64,000 bases of DNA from Plasmodiophora brassicae (taxonomy: Eukaryota), in assembly GCA_036867785.1 (NCBI GenBank), contig CP145409.1, positions 186,001 through 250,000 of the forward strand, in the 5' to 3' direction. Each line of letters opens with the position of its first letter. Within the stretch, counting starts at the first letter, position 1. Positions 25,540-37,933 of the stretch are shown here, one piece after another. The position numbers were made by a program, and so were the translations under genes. A model generated the notes under the pieces. It ran no database searches and was not told where the DNA came from. It was given only the letters and a program-made list of their open reading frames with translations.

Positions 25540-28500
25540 CTATGGCTTCGGTGCCGGAGAGATCGACGCGTCTGAAGGCCTGCCGAGCGGCGACACCATC
25601 ATCGGCGACGCCCTGTGCACGATTCACACACAATCATTAGCGCGAGGTTGAGCAGGAGAGAGCGCACGTGGGCTAACCTGTACTCTGGCTTGCCGTCCGG
25701 GCTCGATCGCATCCCGGCAGCATTGGCGTTGCTTCGGAGTCGCCCTCTGATGCTGCTCGGTTTCTTCGTCTGCGCCACGTTCATCGTCCCTCGTCGTTGC
25801 GCAGCGGACAGGTTCGGTTCGCTGGCGTCGTACGGCTCCTGGGTGTCCCCATCCGGCAGCAGCTGGCCGCTGCGCTTCAGGTCCCTGATCATGTTCGACA
25901 GCCGGTCGATGTCGGCAACGTCGGCCTTGGCGTTCAGGTCCGATCGACTCGCTTTGCTCTCGAGGTCGGTCGCCATCAGTTGCAGGCGGGCGCGCAGCGT
26001 CCGAACGAACGCCTTATCCTTCATGGCGTCCTCGTTCGCATCTCCGCTCGCCTGAAGCGTCTCCAGGTCCTTCAGCTTCTTCCGTATGGCCATGATCAAC
26101 CCACTGGCACCACCAAGAGCGTAAGAGCGAACACCATCGCGGGTTGAACGACGACCGTACCGCATCGTGTCAACGTCCTCCTCGAGCTCGCCGACGCTCT
26201 TCGACAGCCTCTTGATGTCCTGCTGCGTCAGCGCGATCTTCTTGTTCAGGGCCGCCGTCGACGCGCGGTCCTGCATCTTCGTGAAGACGCGTACGGCGGC
26301 CCAACCTGCAAGAACATCGTCAGCCCATTGCAGGGGGGTCAGCGTCGACCGGGCTTCCAGGCGTACTCTGGTTCGAAGGCGGCCTACCAAGGCCGTTTCC
26401 ATCGGCGCCGGCGTCGTCGTTGGCGTCAGCGCCGGTCGGGCCGCCTCCAGCGCCAACCATTGCAGAGGTGCCGCTGGCGGCTCCAGGTGGCCCCGTACCG
26501 TTCATATACCGCTCCGCTTCGTCGTAGTCCATGGTGTCCTCGTCGAGGCCATCGCCGCTGAAGAACCCTGCGTTCGCCTTCACCTGCTCGATCTGCTCGT
26601 ACAGGAGCCCGATACGCGCCTCCATGCGCGCCACGTCCGCCAGGTCCGCCTTCGTGGCCACGTCCTTCGCCAGCTTCGTCATGATGCCGGGCGCGGGCCC
26701 CGCTCCCGACACTGGCTGAGGTGCGGCCGGCATCGTCGCAGCCGGCACCTCGTTCTGCTCGCTCCACATGTTGAACAGGCCCATGATCGTCTCGATGTCC
26801 GGCTTGCATGCTAGCTCGCGTCGCACGTCGCCCAGCTCCTTCTCGATGACCTTGTCCCAGGACGTGCCAGGGGTCGCCCGCTCCACCACGGGCGCGGGCG
26901 CCTCTTCCTCCGTCGGGCGACGACGCACGCGAAGAACGGGAATGTCCTCCGCGTCCAAATCGGTCTCTGGTGGGGCCTGGCGCGTCGGAACCGGCTGCGC
27001 TTTCCCCAGAACCGGCTGGCCCATCGTGGCAGGTTGCGAGATCGATAACGAAGGTGGCGGTGCTGGAACCTTGTCGGGGGACGTCCGCGTTGCGCTGTGG
27101 CGCTTCTTGACTTCGGGTGCCAGCTCCTGGTACACGTACAGCGATAAGCGGTTCAGGTCGCCGCTCTGCTTGTCGATGCGCTCCTTCTGGGCCTTCAGGG
27201 CCAACCTATACTGGACCAGGATCCGCCGCGTCGTCTCGTCCGACGCCGCTGCTGGGGATGGCGCCTGGCGAACTCTCGGGGCGGGGCGCGTCCCCGCCTT
27301 CGTCATGACGGGCGACGGTTTCACAAGCACCTGGCTCTGGGCAGGGCGATCGTGGGCAACAGGACCGGCGGCCGTTTGCTGCTGGGGCCCTGGAGGACCC
27401 GGTTCCGTCGATGATGGTACTGCTGGCGTGGCGTCATGTGGAGCAACGAGTTCCACAATCGCAGCAGCGACAGGCGCCTGCACCGGTGCCGCCTCGGCGA
27501 CCGGTTCCTGTGCGGTCGTTGTCGCCTGAGACACGACGTCGTCGCTCGCCGCCGGCGTCGATGGCTCGGCAGAGGCGCCGGGAGCGGCCTGAACAGCAGG
27601 TGCAGGCACCGGGGACGCATTCGACAGAGGCGCGTCAGGCGCGTCGCTTCGGACGGGTTGCTGAGCGGCCGGTTCGGGGGCGCTCATGGCGAAATCGAAC
27701 TCGTCCTGCGGGACCTCGTACAGGTCGTCGAGGACCTCGGCCTCCAGCTGCTCGTCGCCGCGCGTGATGTCCTCGATCGATTGCTGGATGCCCAGCAGGC
27801 GCTTCTTGATCGACGCGACCTCCTTCTCCACTGCCGTCGCCCTGGTCTGGTTCTGCGATTGCAGGCCCTGGAGACGCACCGTCAGCATGTGGCGCGTCCC
27901 GCGAGACGCCCACCCCGCGTCCTTACCTTGATCATGTCATGCAGGTATGCGACCGTGTCCATGCTGACGCCTTGCTGGTCGTGGCTGGCGCCGGTCGACG
28001 TTGGCGGCGGGTCCGTCTCCACGATGTTCTTCAGTTCGTCCTTCAGGGCGGTCTGCAACTGCCTGACTTGCGTCTTCACCAGCTTCAGACGCTTGTCGGC
28101 GTTGGCCTCCTCGACGACGGCCTGGTCCTCCTGCCACGCCTTGATGGCGGTGACCGCCGCCTGCTCCGACTGCCTGACAATGTCCTTGTTGGCGCGAAGC
28201 TCGGCGTGCTCGACCAGGGCGGCGATCTCCTCGCTGCGTTTCATCGCGTCCGTCACCAGCTCCTTCAGCTCGTGCATCCCCCGCATGCTGTCATGATGGT
28301 CCTGGTTCACCCGCAGCTGGAACTCCTGCTGCGTCTCCTTCATGCGCAGCACGATGTTCTCCACCTTCTCCACCTTGGCCAGCGCCAGGAACGTGTCCAC
28401 ACCGCCGGTCCCGTCGTACACCCTCGCCTTGGCCGGCCCCGCTGCTCGCTTCGCCTTGGGCGGGGCGTCCGCCTCGACCGCCGCCGCCGTCTCCTGCGCG

Positions 28501-29171
28501 ACTTCGCCGCCGTCGTCCTCGGCGGCAACGTCGCCGTCACCGACGTCCTCGACATCGTTCGGCGGTGCCGGCTGCTGCTGCTGCTGCTGCTCGACGGTGA
28601 GGCGCTGGCGAAGTTCTTCCTGGGTGACCGCCCCGGCCCCCATATTGTTGAACGCCATCGACGTGACCCGCTCCAGAACCTGGACGCGCACGGTGACGCT
28701 CTCGACGTCCTTGGCCAGCTTCTTCGCCTTCTTCACCTCCAGCGGGCTCGTCAGCTGGGCCAGCTTGCCCTCGGCCGTCCGAACGCGGTTGTCGATGCCG
28801 GCGATGCGCTCGAGGAGCTTGTTCTGGTCCAGCGGCGCGTCGTCGCGCGCGGGCCCACCGGCGCCACCGACGCTGACGCTGCTGACGCTGTGCAGGGCGC
28901 TCTCGACGTTGTCGTCCAGGCGCTTGCACTGTCGGAACAGGAGCTCGACGTCCGCCTTCATTCGCGACTGCTCGCAGCGCACGTCGTGCACGACGCCCAT
29001 GATCTGGCTCAGCACGTGCGTCAGCTTGCGGAACTCGAACTTGAGCTCGACGTCGAACAGGTCGGTCAGGTCGGGCGCCGCCTCCACCACCGGCGCCGGC
29101 GGCGGCTGCTCCGGGTCGCCGCCGCCCGGGGACGCCGCCGCCTTGGCGACGTCGCCGGCCTCGCCCGCCAT
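25540..29171 (-). CDS. Large coiled-coil protein with Pro/Ala-rich linker (multi-exon), function unknown
   Basis: Three long GC3-rich frames (27882-29171, 26320-27888, 25599-26456) joined by GT-AG introns; heptad segments with KADLAD and KADVAD motifs. Confidence 0.65.
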
Positions 29172-29207
29172 GCCTCACCAGATATTGAATGCACGATCCC
29201 CGAAGAT

Positions 29208-30437
29208 TCACGTGTATTCGTCGTCGCCTGCTGCTGGATCGCCGTCGGCGTCCAGGAACGGGCCCGCCCGAGGCGCCGGGCGCCCGTCCTCGATAACGGG
29301 ACGCCGCTTCGGCGCGTAACGCGGCCGCTCCGACAGCGACTGTCGCAGCGCGAGCTCGAGCGCGTCCACCGTGCTGTCGTGCCGGACGGCGTCCAGGGCG
29401 GCCGCCTCCCGGTACCGCCTCCTGACATCGGCGACGAGCGCCTCGCTCTCGGCGCGTACGTCGTCGACGCGCCGCTCGGCGGCCTCCTGCAGGCGCCGCA
29501 GGCGCTCCTCGTACTCCTTCCGCATCGTCGACGCCTTCGCCGCCGCCTCCGCGATGCACTGCTCGCGTTCGCGTTCGATCGCGTCGCGCGCGTCGCCTGC
29601 CTGACGGCGAACGGCGACGAGTTCCGCCTTGCACGACACCAGCCGGCGTTCTGCCTCGTCGCGCGACACGACCAGCTGCTGCTGCTCGTCCTGGTGTCGC
29701 TGTTCGACGAGCGCGCGCTCGCGTTTCCATGCCGCGTCGTGCTGGGCGACCGCCTCCTGGATCTGCGCCTGGCAGGATGCGCGCTCGTCGGCGACCCGTT
29801 GCTCGCAGTCGCGAGCCAGGTCGGCGATGGCGACGCGCTGCTTCCGCTCGAGCATGGCGACGATCTCCAGCGCCCGCGCCGTCTGCGTCGACAGGGCGCG
29901 AAGCGCCTGGCGCGCGCGCTCGGCAACGTCCTCGGGCGCCCTGGACAACGACGACGACGTTGCATCGCCTGGCCTCAGCACCGCCTGGCGCAGGGCGGCA
30001 ACGCCCGAGGCACCACCCGCGTCGGCCAGCGTCGACGACCCGTACACGTATCGGACGGCGTCGTCGATGGACGACAGGGCCGACGCGTACAGCGCCACCT
30101 GCCTCGACAGGTGGTCGCGTTCCCGTTGCAGGGCGGCGTTCTCGGCCGCCAGGCGCTCGATCTGATCGCGCTGCCGTCGTCGATGGCGACGACGATGCCG
30201 GGCGGGGGACGCCGGGCGCGATCCAAGGGACGGCGATAGTGGTGGTCGTGGTGGTGACGGCGGTTCCAGCGGAGTGTCGTCGTCGTCGTCGTCGTCGTCA
30301 TTGTCGGTGCCGTACGAAGGAGATCCCGGGGGCGGTGACGGGGCCGGCACGTGGGTGCCGGACGGTGGGGGGCGCCCGGGCGGCTTCCGGATCTGACGCT
30401 CGAGGACGGTACTGAACCGTCGCAGCGCATCGACCAT
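29208..30437 (-). CDS. Coiled-coil protein, function unknown
   Basis: Intronless frame MVDALRRF..., Pro/Asp-rich N-terminus followed by an extended E/R/A/Q-rich coiled coil. Confidence 0.65.
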   Translation of the reverse strand: MVDALRRFSTVLERQIRKPPGRPPPSGTHVPAPSPPPGSPSYGTDNDDDDDDDDTPLEPPSPPRPPLSPSLGSRPASPARHRRRHRRRQRDQIERLAAENAALQRERDHLSRQVALYASALSSIDDAVRYVYGSSTLADAGGASGVAALRQAVLRPGDATSSSLSRAPEDVAERARQALRALSTQTARALEIVAMLERKQRVAIADLARDCEQRVADERASCQAQIQEAVAQHDAAWKRERALVEQRHQDEQQQLVVSRDEAERRLVSCKAELVAVRRQAGDARDAIEREREQCIAEAAAKASTMRKEYEERLRRLQEAAERRVDDVRAESEALVADVRRRYREAAALDAVRHDSTVDALELALRQSLSERPRYAPKRRPVIEDGRPAPRAGPFLDADGDPAAGDDEYT

Positions 30438-30557
30438 TCTATTCCTGGCAGACGGGTACTTCCGAGTCACCGACTGGTTGGTGGTGGTGGAGCCTCCTCC
30501 TCCACTGCTGCCGGCGCCTGGCGGTCGCCGGCGTTCGTCCCCCAGTTTTAGTGCTGG

Positions 30558-33480
30558 ATGGAGACGACGATGATGGCCGTGGTGCGTCTGCTGACACTGG
30601 CCGTCGCGGTCGCCGTCCCGTTCGTCGCTGCCTCCAGCGACGACCTTGCAGCCGTGCGACAGTTCGCTGAGCGCGTCCTCGGCAAGGAGCTCGCCGGCCA
30701 AGTCCAGTTCGACCTGGCGCCCGACGACGCCATTGTCGACGACCTGCACCGGTTCGAATACGAATCCGTCGACGACGAGCTCGTCATACGCGGGACGTCG
30801 ATCGCGGCGCTGACGTCGGCGCTGGGCTGGTACCTGAAGTAGGTCGCCCCGCCCCGATCGCCTGCACCAATGTGCAGTGCACGCCTGACACTGGGCGCGT
30901 GCGTCAGGTACGACGCCAACGTGCACATATCGTGGAGCGGCGACCAGACGGATCCGCTGCAGGGTTCGCATGGCCTGCCGAAGGCACGCGGTCGCGTCCA
31001 GCGCCGTCGTTCCGTGCCGCTTTCGTAAGGCGGGCGGCGCCAATCGACCGGACGGTCCATCGACTGACGACGCGCGTGCTCTGGCAAGGTACTACATGAA
31101 CGTGTGCACGTTCTCGTACACGGCCGTGTGGTGGGACTGGCCCCGCTGGGAGCGCGAACTGGACTGGATGGCGCTGAACGGCATCAACGCGCCGCTGGCG
31201 CTGACCGGCCAGGAGTACATCTGGCGGCGCGTCTTCGTCGAGCGGTTCGGCATGACCAGGGACGAGCTCGACGAGTTCTTCACGGGGCCGGCGTTCCTGG
31301 CATGGCACCGAATGGGGAACCTTCGCGCCTGGGCCGTACGCTAACACGTTGCCGCCGCCTGAAGGCGCACTGAGGCTGATGGACGATCATGTGCAGGGCC
31401 CGCTGTCAGACAAGTGGATTGACCAGCAGCGCGACCTGCAAGTGAAGATCCTCGGCAGGGCGCGCGCGCTGGGGATGAAGGCGATCCTGCCTGCGTTCGC
31501 TGGGCACGTCCCGGCCGCTGCGAAACGGATCTGGCCGGACGCCGAGATTCGCCCGGCGTCCCCCTGGGGCGCCTTCGAGGCCAAGTACACCAACGTCTAC
31601 ATGGTGCAACCGGGGTCGCCGGTCTTCACCGACATCGGCAGGGCGTTCGTCGAGGAGATATCTCGCGAGTTCGGGACCGACCACCTGTACAACGCTGACA
31701 CGTACAACGAGGTTGGCCCCGCCGCAGCCGCGGTACGACGTCATGCGATTCCCTGATTGAGGGCTGTCCAGATGCGCCCGGAATCAATGGACCATAAGTA
31801 CCTGTCGGCGACGGCCGCGTCAACGGTGAGGCGGGTTGCCCCTGATCTTGGTGGAGAACGGCGTGTGCTGACGTGGGCGGATGCTCAGCTGGAGAGCATG
31901 ACGGCAGCGGACCCGGATGCCATATGGGTCATGCAGGGATGGCTGTTCGTCGACAAGCGGACCTGGACGCCGGGCAACATCGAGGCGTACCTGTCGGGCG
32001 TGCCAGACGACCGCCTGGTCGTCCTCGACCTGTTCTCCGACGTCGTCCCCATCTACGACCAGCCGAACGGTTACTTCGGCAAACGCTGGGTACCGCTCCT
32101 GCGCGCTCACGATGCTGTCGTACTGAATGGTGTGCCAAACAGATCTATAACATGCTGCACAACTTTGGAGGTGGCCCCCGCCTATGCAAGCGCGTCGTCA
32201 CCTGGCCGATGCTGACAGAAGGGTGACCTGCAGGGAATCACGGTTTGTACGGGCGCGCCGATGTCATCTCGTCGGAGCCGGTTCGCGCGTTGACAGCGTC
32301 GGACGGGAAGATGATCGGGATCGGGTTGACGCCCGAGGGCATCGAGCAGAACTACGCCCTGTACGAACTGATGCTGGAGATGGCGTGGCGTCATGAACCT
32401 GTGGACCTCGACGAATGGTTCCGACTGTTCGCCTGGCGGCGCTATGGTGGCCCGGCCCCTAACGGTCACGTGGACCTTGCCTGGGACCTCATCCAGCGGA
32501 ACGCCTACCGATGCTCCAGCGGGCAGTGGTCGGTCACAAAGGTGTGAATCTCGCTCAGATCGGAATGCCTCGCAAATCGTGAACGGTGGCGCAGACCATT
32601 GCAGGTGTGGAGCCCAGGTTCGCATTCGCCGCCCGTCGATTCATGAACCCGATCCCACATTACGATCCGGCGACGCTGGTGGAAGCCTGGTACGAGCTCC
32701 TGCACGCGGCGCCCGAGTTCGCCCACCAGGCGACGTTCCGGTACGATCTGGTCGACGTGACGCGACAGGTCCTGAACAACTTCATGCTTGACGTGCACGC
32801 GCGTTTCGTCGACGCGTACCGCGCCGGGCAGGTCGAGCGGGCGAAGCAGGCCGGGCAGCAGTTCCTCGACGTTATCACCGATCTGGATCGGATCCTGGCA
32901 TCCGACTCGCATTGGCTGCTCGGGACATGGCTGGATGGCGCTCGCCGAGCGGCCCAGGGCAACGATGACGTCCCAGTGGACAAGTTCCTGTTCAACGCCA
33001 GGAACCTCATCACGATGTGGGGCCCACGAGCGGAGAGTACGTGGACCCGCGTTGCCGGATGTGAACGACCATGACGTTTGCTGTCGCAGTTGCCGATTAC
33101 GCGTCGAAAGACTGGGCCGGCCTCATGGAGTCGTACTATAGGTAGAGTGACGCGCGCCGCCCCTGAAGAGCGGTGTCTGACCCGCCTGATACGGTTGCTG
33201 CAGGCCTCGGTGGCAGCTGTTCTTCGACATGGCGGTACAATCGCTGGAGCAGAGGACCCAGTTCGACAGGTCCGATTACCTGCACTACGCGTACAGGCAT
33301 GAGCTCAACTGGCAGCACGCGTCCGACGAATTCCCAACGGAACCGACTGGCGATACCGTTGAGATCAGCCGGCATCTCTTCCACAAGTACGCAGGAGCGA
33401 TCTGGACCCACGGGCGGCCTCTCGAGCGATGCCCTGTGGACGACCTCTGCCGACGTGCACCGCTAGTCGCTGTCCAGTAG
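30558..33480 (+). CDS. NAGLU: Alpha-N-acetylglucosaminidase, glycoside hydrolase family 89, with signal peptide and many introns
   Basis: [111 protein letters not shown]. Confidence 0.96.
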
Positions 33481-33951
33481 ACGCACCAATCAGTACACTC
33501 GTTCGTATATACGGTTGTTGCATGCACGACGCCATTCACGGTTCAACGTCAGCAACGAAGTCGAGTACGAGTGGCGTTTCGCCTGTCCTGAGCTCGGGAC
33601 ACGCCCCCAGGCGGCATCGCCGACAACGAGGACGCAGTCGAGAAGCAGTGTATCTAGGGGCGTTGAACGCACTTCAGGGATTCGCTGCGCCGCGCGCTCT
33701 CCAAGCGATCTCGGCGACTGCCTGATCCCGGCCCCGAGACTGGGTATCCGTCACCTCCACAAGGCACTGCCGTCGTCGCCACCGTTCAGCGTTTGGGTGT
33801 ACCCAGAGCCGCCAGCCGTCAAAGTGCGTCCAGCTCCATGGGGTGGCCGCTTCCTGCCGGCGGTGCTGGACGGCACGCGAGCAGCGTTCGGCCGTTCGGG
33901 TCCGGCAAGAAGTTGCGACGGTGAGCTGCTGCCACGGACATTTTCGGCGCG

Positions 33952-34921
33952 ATGAACCCGGTCGAGAAATGGAGGTGGGCATGCCGGCTGGCTCTGGTGT
34001 GGGAAGGCGGGCGGCGGCTGACGGGCTGTGCTGGTTGTCGTTTGTAGAAAGAAGGAGAAGAAGAAGCAGGCGAAGAAGCACGCCGAGGATAAGGTTAAGG
34101 CGCGTCAGTCGATGATCATGTCGACGCGGACGCCGGAGCAGGTGTTGGGCGAGATCAAGCGCATCCAGTGGGCGGAACGCCAGGGCACAGCCGATCCGAA
34201 ACTATTGGCCCACAAACGACGTCTGCTGGAGGCACATCGTGACCTTACTGAACGACGCAGAATCGTTGAGGAACGCGCCCAGCACGACAGCTCCGTCGTT
34301 GTCAAAGGCCTCAGCAAGCTGCTCGGCCAGTCCTCGTCAGGATCGTCTTCCAAGCCTGTACCAGAATCGAAACAAGCCGAATCATTATCCGGGGCAGCAG
34401 CGCCGTCTCCTGACGATGAGCCGCCGCCACCGCCAAACTTGGCACCTGCTCATCTTGCCCCTCCCTGGGCAGTGCACGCCGCACCTTATCAACAGCAACA
34501 TCTGGCATCTTCCCACGAACCGCCACCGCCTCCTAACCTGGTGGCAGCACCGGTGTCATATGGTGGTGCACCGTCGTGGGGCACACAACAACGATTACCC
34601 GCACCGTCAATGCCTCAGCATGTCGCGCCTCGACACGTTCCCGATTCAAGGTCATTCATGCAGCAAGGACCCGTTATCCGTCGCGAACCGGTGGTCGAGT
34701 CAGGACCGCCCGTCATTGCTGGAACCGAGTTCATGCCGACGAGTATGATGGTGAGGCGGCCGCAGTCGAAACCGACGGCCCCGAAGCGCCGTCGTCTTGT
34801 CCCGATGCCACAACTGGCTCCACCGGTTGGCGATGGTTCTGCGACACCCCAGCCCCCTAGACAATCGGCCGTCAGCGCCGAAAGCGCTTACGATACGTTC
34901 ATGGCTGAACTGGGTAAATAA
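33952..34921 (+). CDS. WBP11/NpwBP-like splicing-associated protein
   Basis: MNPVEKWR|KKEKKKQAKK basic N-terminus, Pro-rich middle, C-terminal AYDTFMAELG. Confidence 0.65.
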
Positions 34922-35178
34922 TATCGAATGCTCCTCTTCTACCTGAGTAACCATGATATTGGCGGAAGCTTTTCCTGGGATCGGCGTATCCCGGGACGGC
35001 ACCACGTTGCCCAATTGGCATCCCGGAAGCGAAGGCCCGATCCGCACCCGTGGACGATTCTCGGTCCCTGTTATGTCGCTGGGGTTACGACCCCTGAACC
35101 GATGTGGGTATGTATGAAACACAAAATACTGGTATAGAGCCATAGACTATGATTGTAGGAAACACTGACAGGAGCACA

Positions 35179-37485
35179 TTACCGACGAGCCTTCTTGCGC
35201 GGCGAAGGCACCGATATCTTGTACTCGTCATGCGCTTCGAAATTCTGCCGGAGGATACTGGTGAGAACCAGCTCCTTATCGTACAATGTGTGCCCTTTCG
35301 TAGCCAGCTTCTCGTTCTCCTTGTCCAACTCGGTGGACGAGATGACGAACAAGTCAGGCGAAGGTAGAGGCGGTGATTTGCCTTCCACAACGGTACCGCC
35401 TACATAGATGTAATTACGAACATGCTGTAACGTCACGCGCAGAGCAAGTATACCTACCAGCGCACCCAATAATCGGTTTGAAATCGCTGGGAGACGGTTT
35501 GCATCCTTTCACCACCCAGAAGCGCTTTCCGCTGAGCAGCTTGTCACGGTGGGGCCTGGCCAACGTCACTTCGAGGTTGAATTTGAAGTTCTTCTCAGCG
35601 GGCTTATCCCGGACGCAGTATGGTGCACATTCTGCAGACCATGATCAGCACTTCACCGAGCTCCAATCCGAGACAGACGTCACCCACCTAAGAAATGCTT
35701 TTGAGCGGCGCTGTCCAGAAGCCACTGCTCGTTAACAATGTGCTTGGCCGTTGAGATTGCACAGAGGAACTGCGATAAAATCATCAGGACCCTTACAATC
35801 AAAGATAATGGTGCAGAGCAGACCTTAACGGTGCGTCGAACATGGTCACACACAAGGACAGTGGCCGCGCCAGGTTCCTCTGTAAGGACGCCTCCCAGAA
35901 CTTGTACCATCTGAACCATTGGATTGCCTGAGACGAATAACGAAACAAGGGCAGCTTCACGACGAACCTGCTGCAGATCTTCGGTTGCAATCCCAGTGAA
36001 CATGATGACAGGCGAGTCACGTTCAGGTTTCGCGCTCGGTTCCCTATTGAAATTCTTGGCTAAGACGACAGCCCCACGCGCGATGTGCAGATGACTGACT
36101 CGGCCACTGGTGGTTCTGGACTCGTCCCGTCCACATCGGACGCAGTCCCAATCGTAGCTGGGACCGTTTCTGGGTTCTCCTCTGGGCGCGAAACGATGGG
36201 AACTTCCGAAGAGACTTTGCCGTCATCTTCTTCAGGATTATCACGACGCTGCTTGCTGTCTTCCTGCACGTCTGGCGACGCAGGTAACGTGCGTTCAGCT
36301 ACATTCGTTGGCTTTGCACTTGCAGACTCATCATGTTCGTCGCTGTCTACCTGTTGAAAAGCTGAAGTACCTGGACACTATATCAGCACGGTCTGCAATG
36401 TGTAGAAAACGCAGATTACGAGAATTCGCAGCTCGTCGACGCTTTCGAACAACGGTGCCAGACTTTGACTGGGATGGCGTTGCCGTAACGCGATTCGTTC
36501 GATGCGGTAATATGACGCTTTCTCCAGCAGGGTGCGTTTCACTGGACGTCAACAACGACACTGGCTTGTCAGCCATATCATCAGGCACGCGGGGAGCTGG
36601 GATCTCCAACGGGGTCATTTCCAAACCTGGCTCGGCCTCAGATGGGTGCATTTCAGGGGAACCCGGAGGTGATGGTCCTCGAGAGCTGTGGCCGACAGCC
36701 GTAGAAGGCCCCTGGTCCACATCCATGTCGTTTGTTCCGTTCTTTGCAGCAGGTGGCTCGACACCAAGGACTGACGCCGTGCCTACATCGGCGGGTTCCA
36801 CAGGAGGACTCAACGCAACGAGCGGAGGCGTACCACCAAGAACAGGAGATTGTGCACCGTCAAGTGCAGGCGACAAGTCAGGTTGGGGACTGCCAGGAAC
36901 TAAGTACGCCTCAGACGACGACCTCGACGCAATATCATCCTTATCGACTGAGGTAACGGCATCGTCTGCAGGTTCCTCATCCATAGCAAGCGTTCTCGTA
37001 TCGCTGAATTGCTCCGGACAGAAGTCCACCTTCGGCGGCGACCCGCTTTGTTCCGACTGCCCAGTGTTCTGAATAAGAACTGTAGCGCGCATGCGGTAAC
37101 CAGATAGACTAACCTTCGTGAGCGTGAACGCAGCGTCTCCAAATGTGACGACGGAGCCTGGCGGGACCGCGTACCAGACGTTCGGACGGATTCGCGGCTG
37201 CTCAGAGGGGACGGCAGACGACAAGGACTGCAAACGAACACCATTCACGGACCCGACGTCCATAACGAAGACAAAGTCACTATCCGGGTTGTGATCTGCA
37301 CAATTGGTTTAAGGCGGCTCGTAACCTCGCACGAATGTCAGTACCGTACCGATGACCGCGTGGCGATGCGACACGCGCCTAGAGTCGACAACAACGGACG
37401 CACGCGCATCCCTGCCGACGACATGCTCCCCGGGTGCCAGGCAGACCACGTTTTCAGCGCCGACACGGCTCAGCCTCAGACTCAT
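35179..37485 (-). CDS. FHA + tandem BRCT protein (MDC1-like DNA damage mediator)
   Basis: FHA VVGR...VSHRHAVI...MDVGSVNGV, disordered middle, BRCT IMFTG...ATVLVCDHVRRTVK|FLCAIS...IVNEQWL...NFKFNLE...LYDKELVLTSILRQ. Confidence 0.8.
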
Positions 37486-37933
37486 CGCCTGGTGCCCTGG
37501 CTGCAGTTGGGTCGCGCAGTCCGCCTCGCGCCACGCTCGGCAACAGCGCAATGATCGTCTCTGCCTTGGGAGGGGGACGCACCCACGACACCGAATGGCT
37601 TCTCGGATTCCGTTATTGCCGGGCCATACCATCGGGACACTCCACGAACTTACCGTTTCGTTGAGCGATCACATACACCCGCTACGAGGTTCGAGAACAT
37701 AACCCGGTGTTGTTTCGCCAGTGCCGTTACGCGTGTGCGTCGGAACTCCTAAACGGCGTCGTACGGAGCCAGTGAGGGGTGGGTACTACTGGCCGCTGCC
37801 GCCGGCACGTAGTTCATCGCCGCAGTTTCTTCATTTGGGTGAGGGCGACCCGCAGCCGTACTGCTGCTGTGCCGGTGACTGGCTGGGAGGGGGTGCAGGG
37901 TGCTGCGTAGGCGTCGTCCCCACCGGTCGCTCG

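Noticed and set aside
27939-30239. 766-aa plus-strand ORF and other long antisense ORFs in 25.6-31 kb
   Set aside because: Shadow frames of GC3-rich minus-strand genes with unnatural V/L/R/G composition
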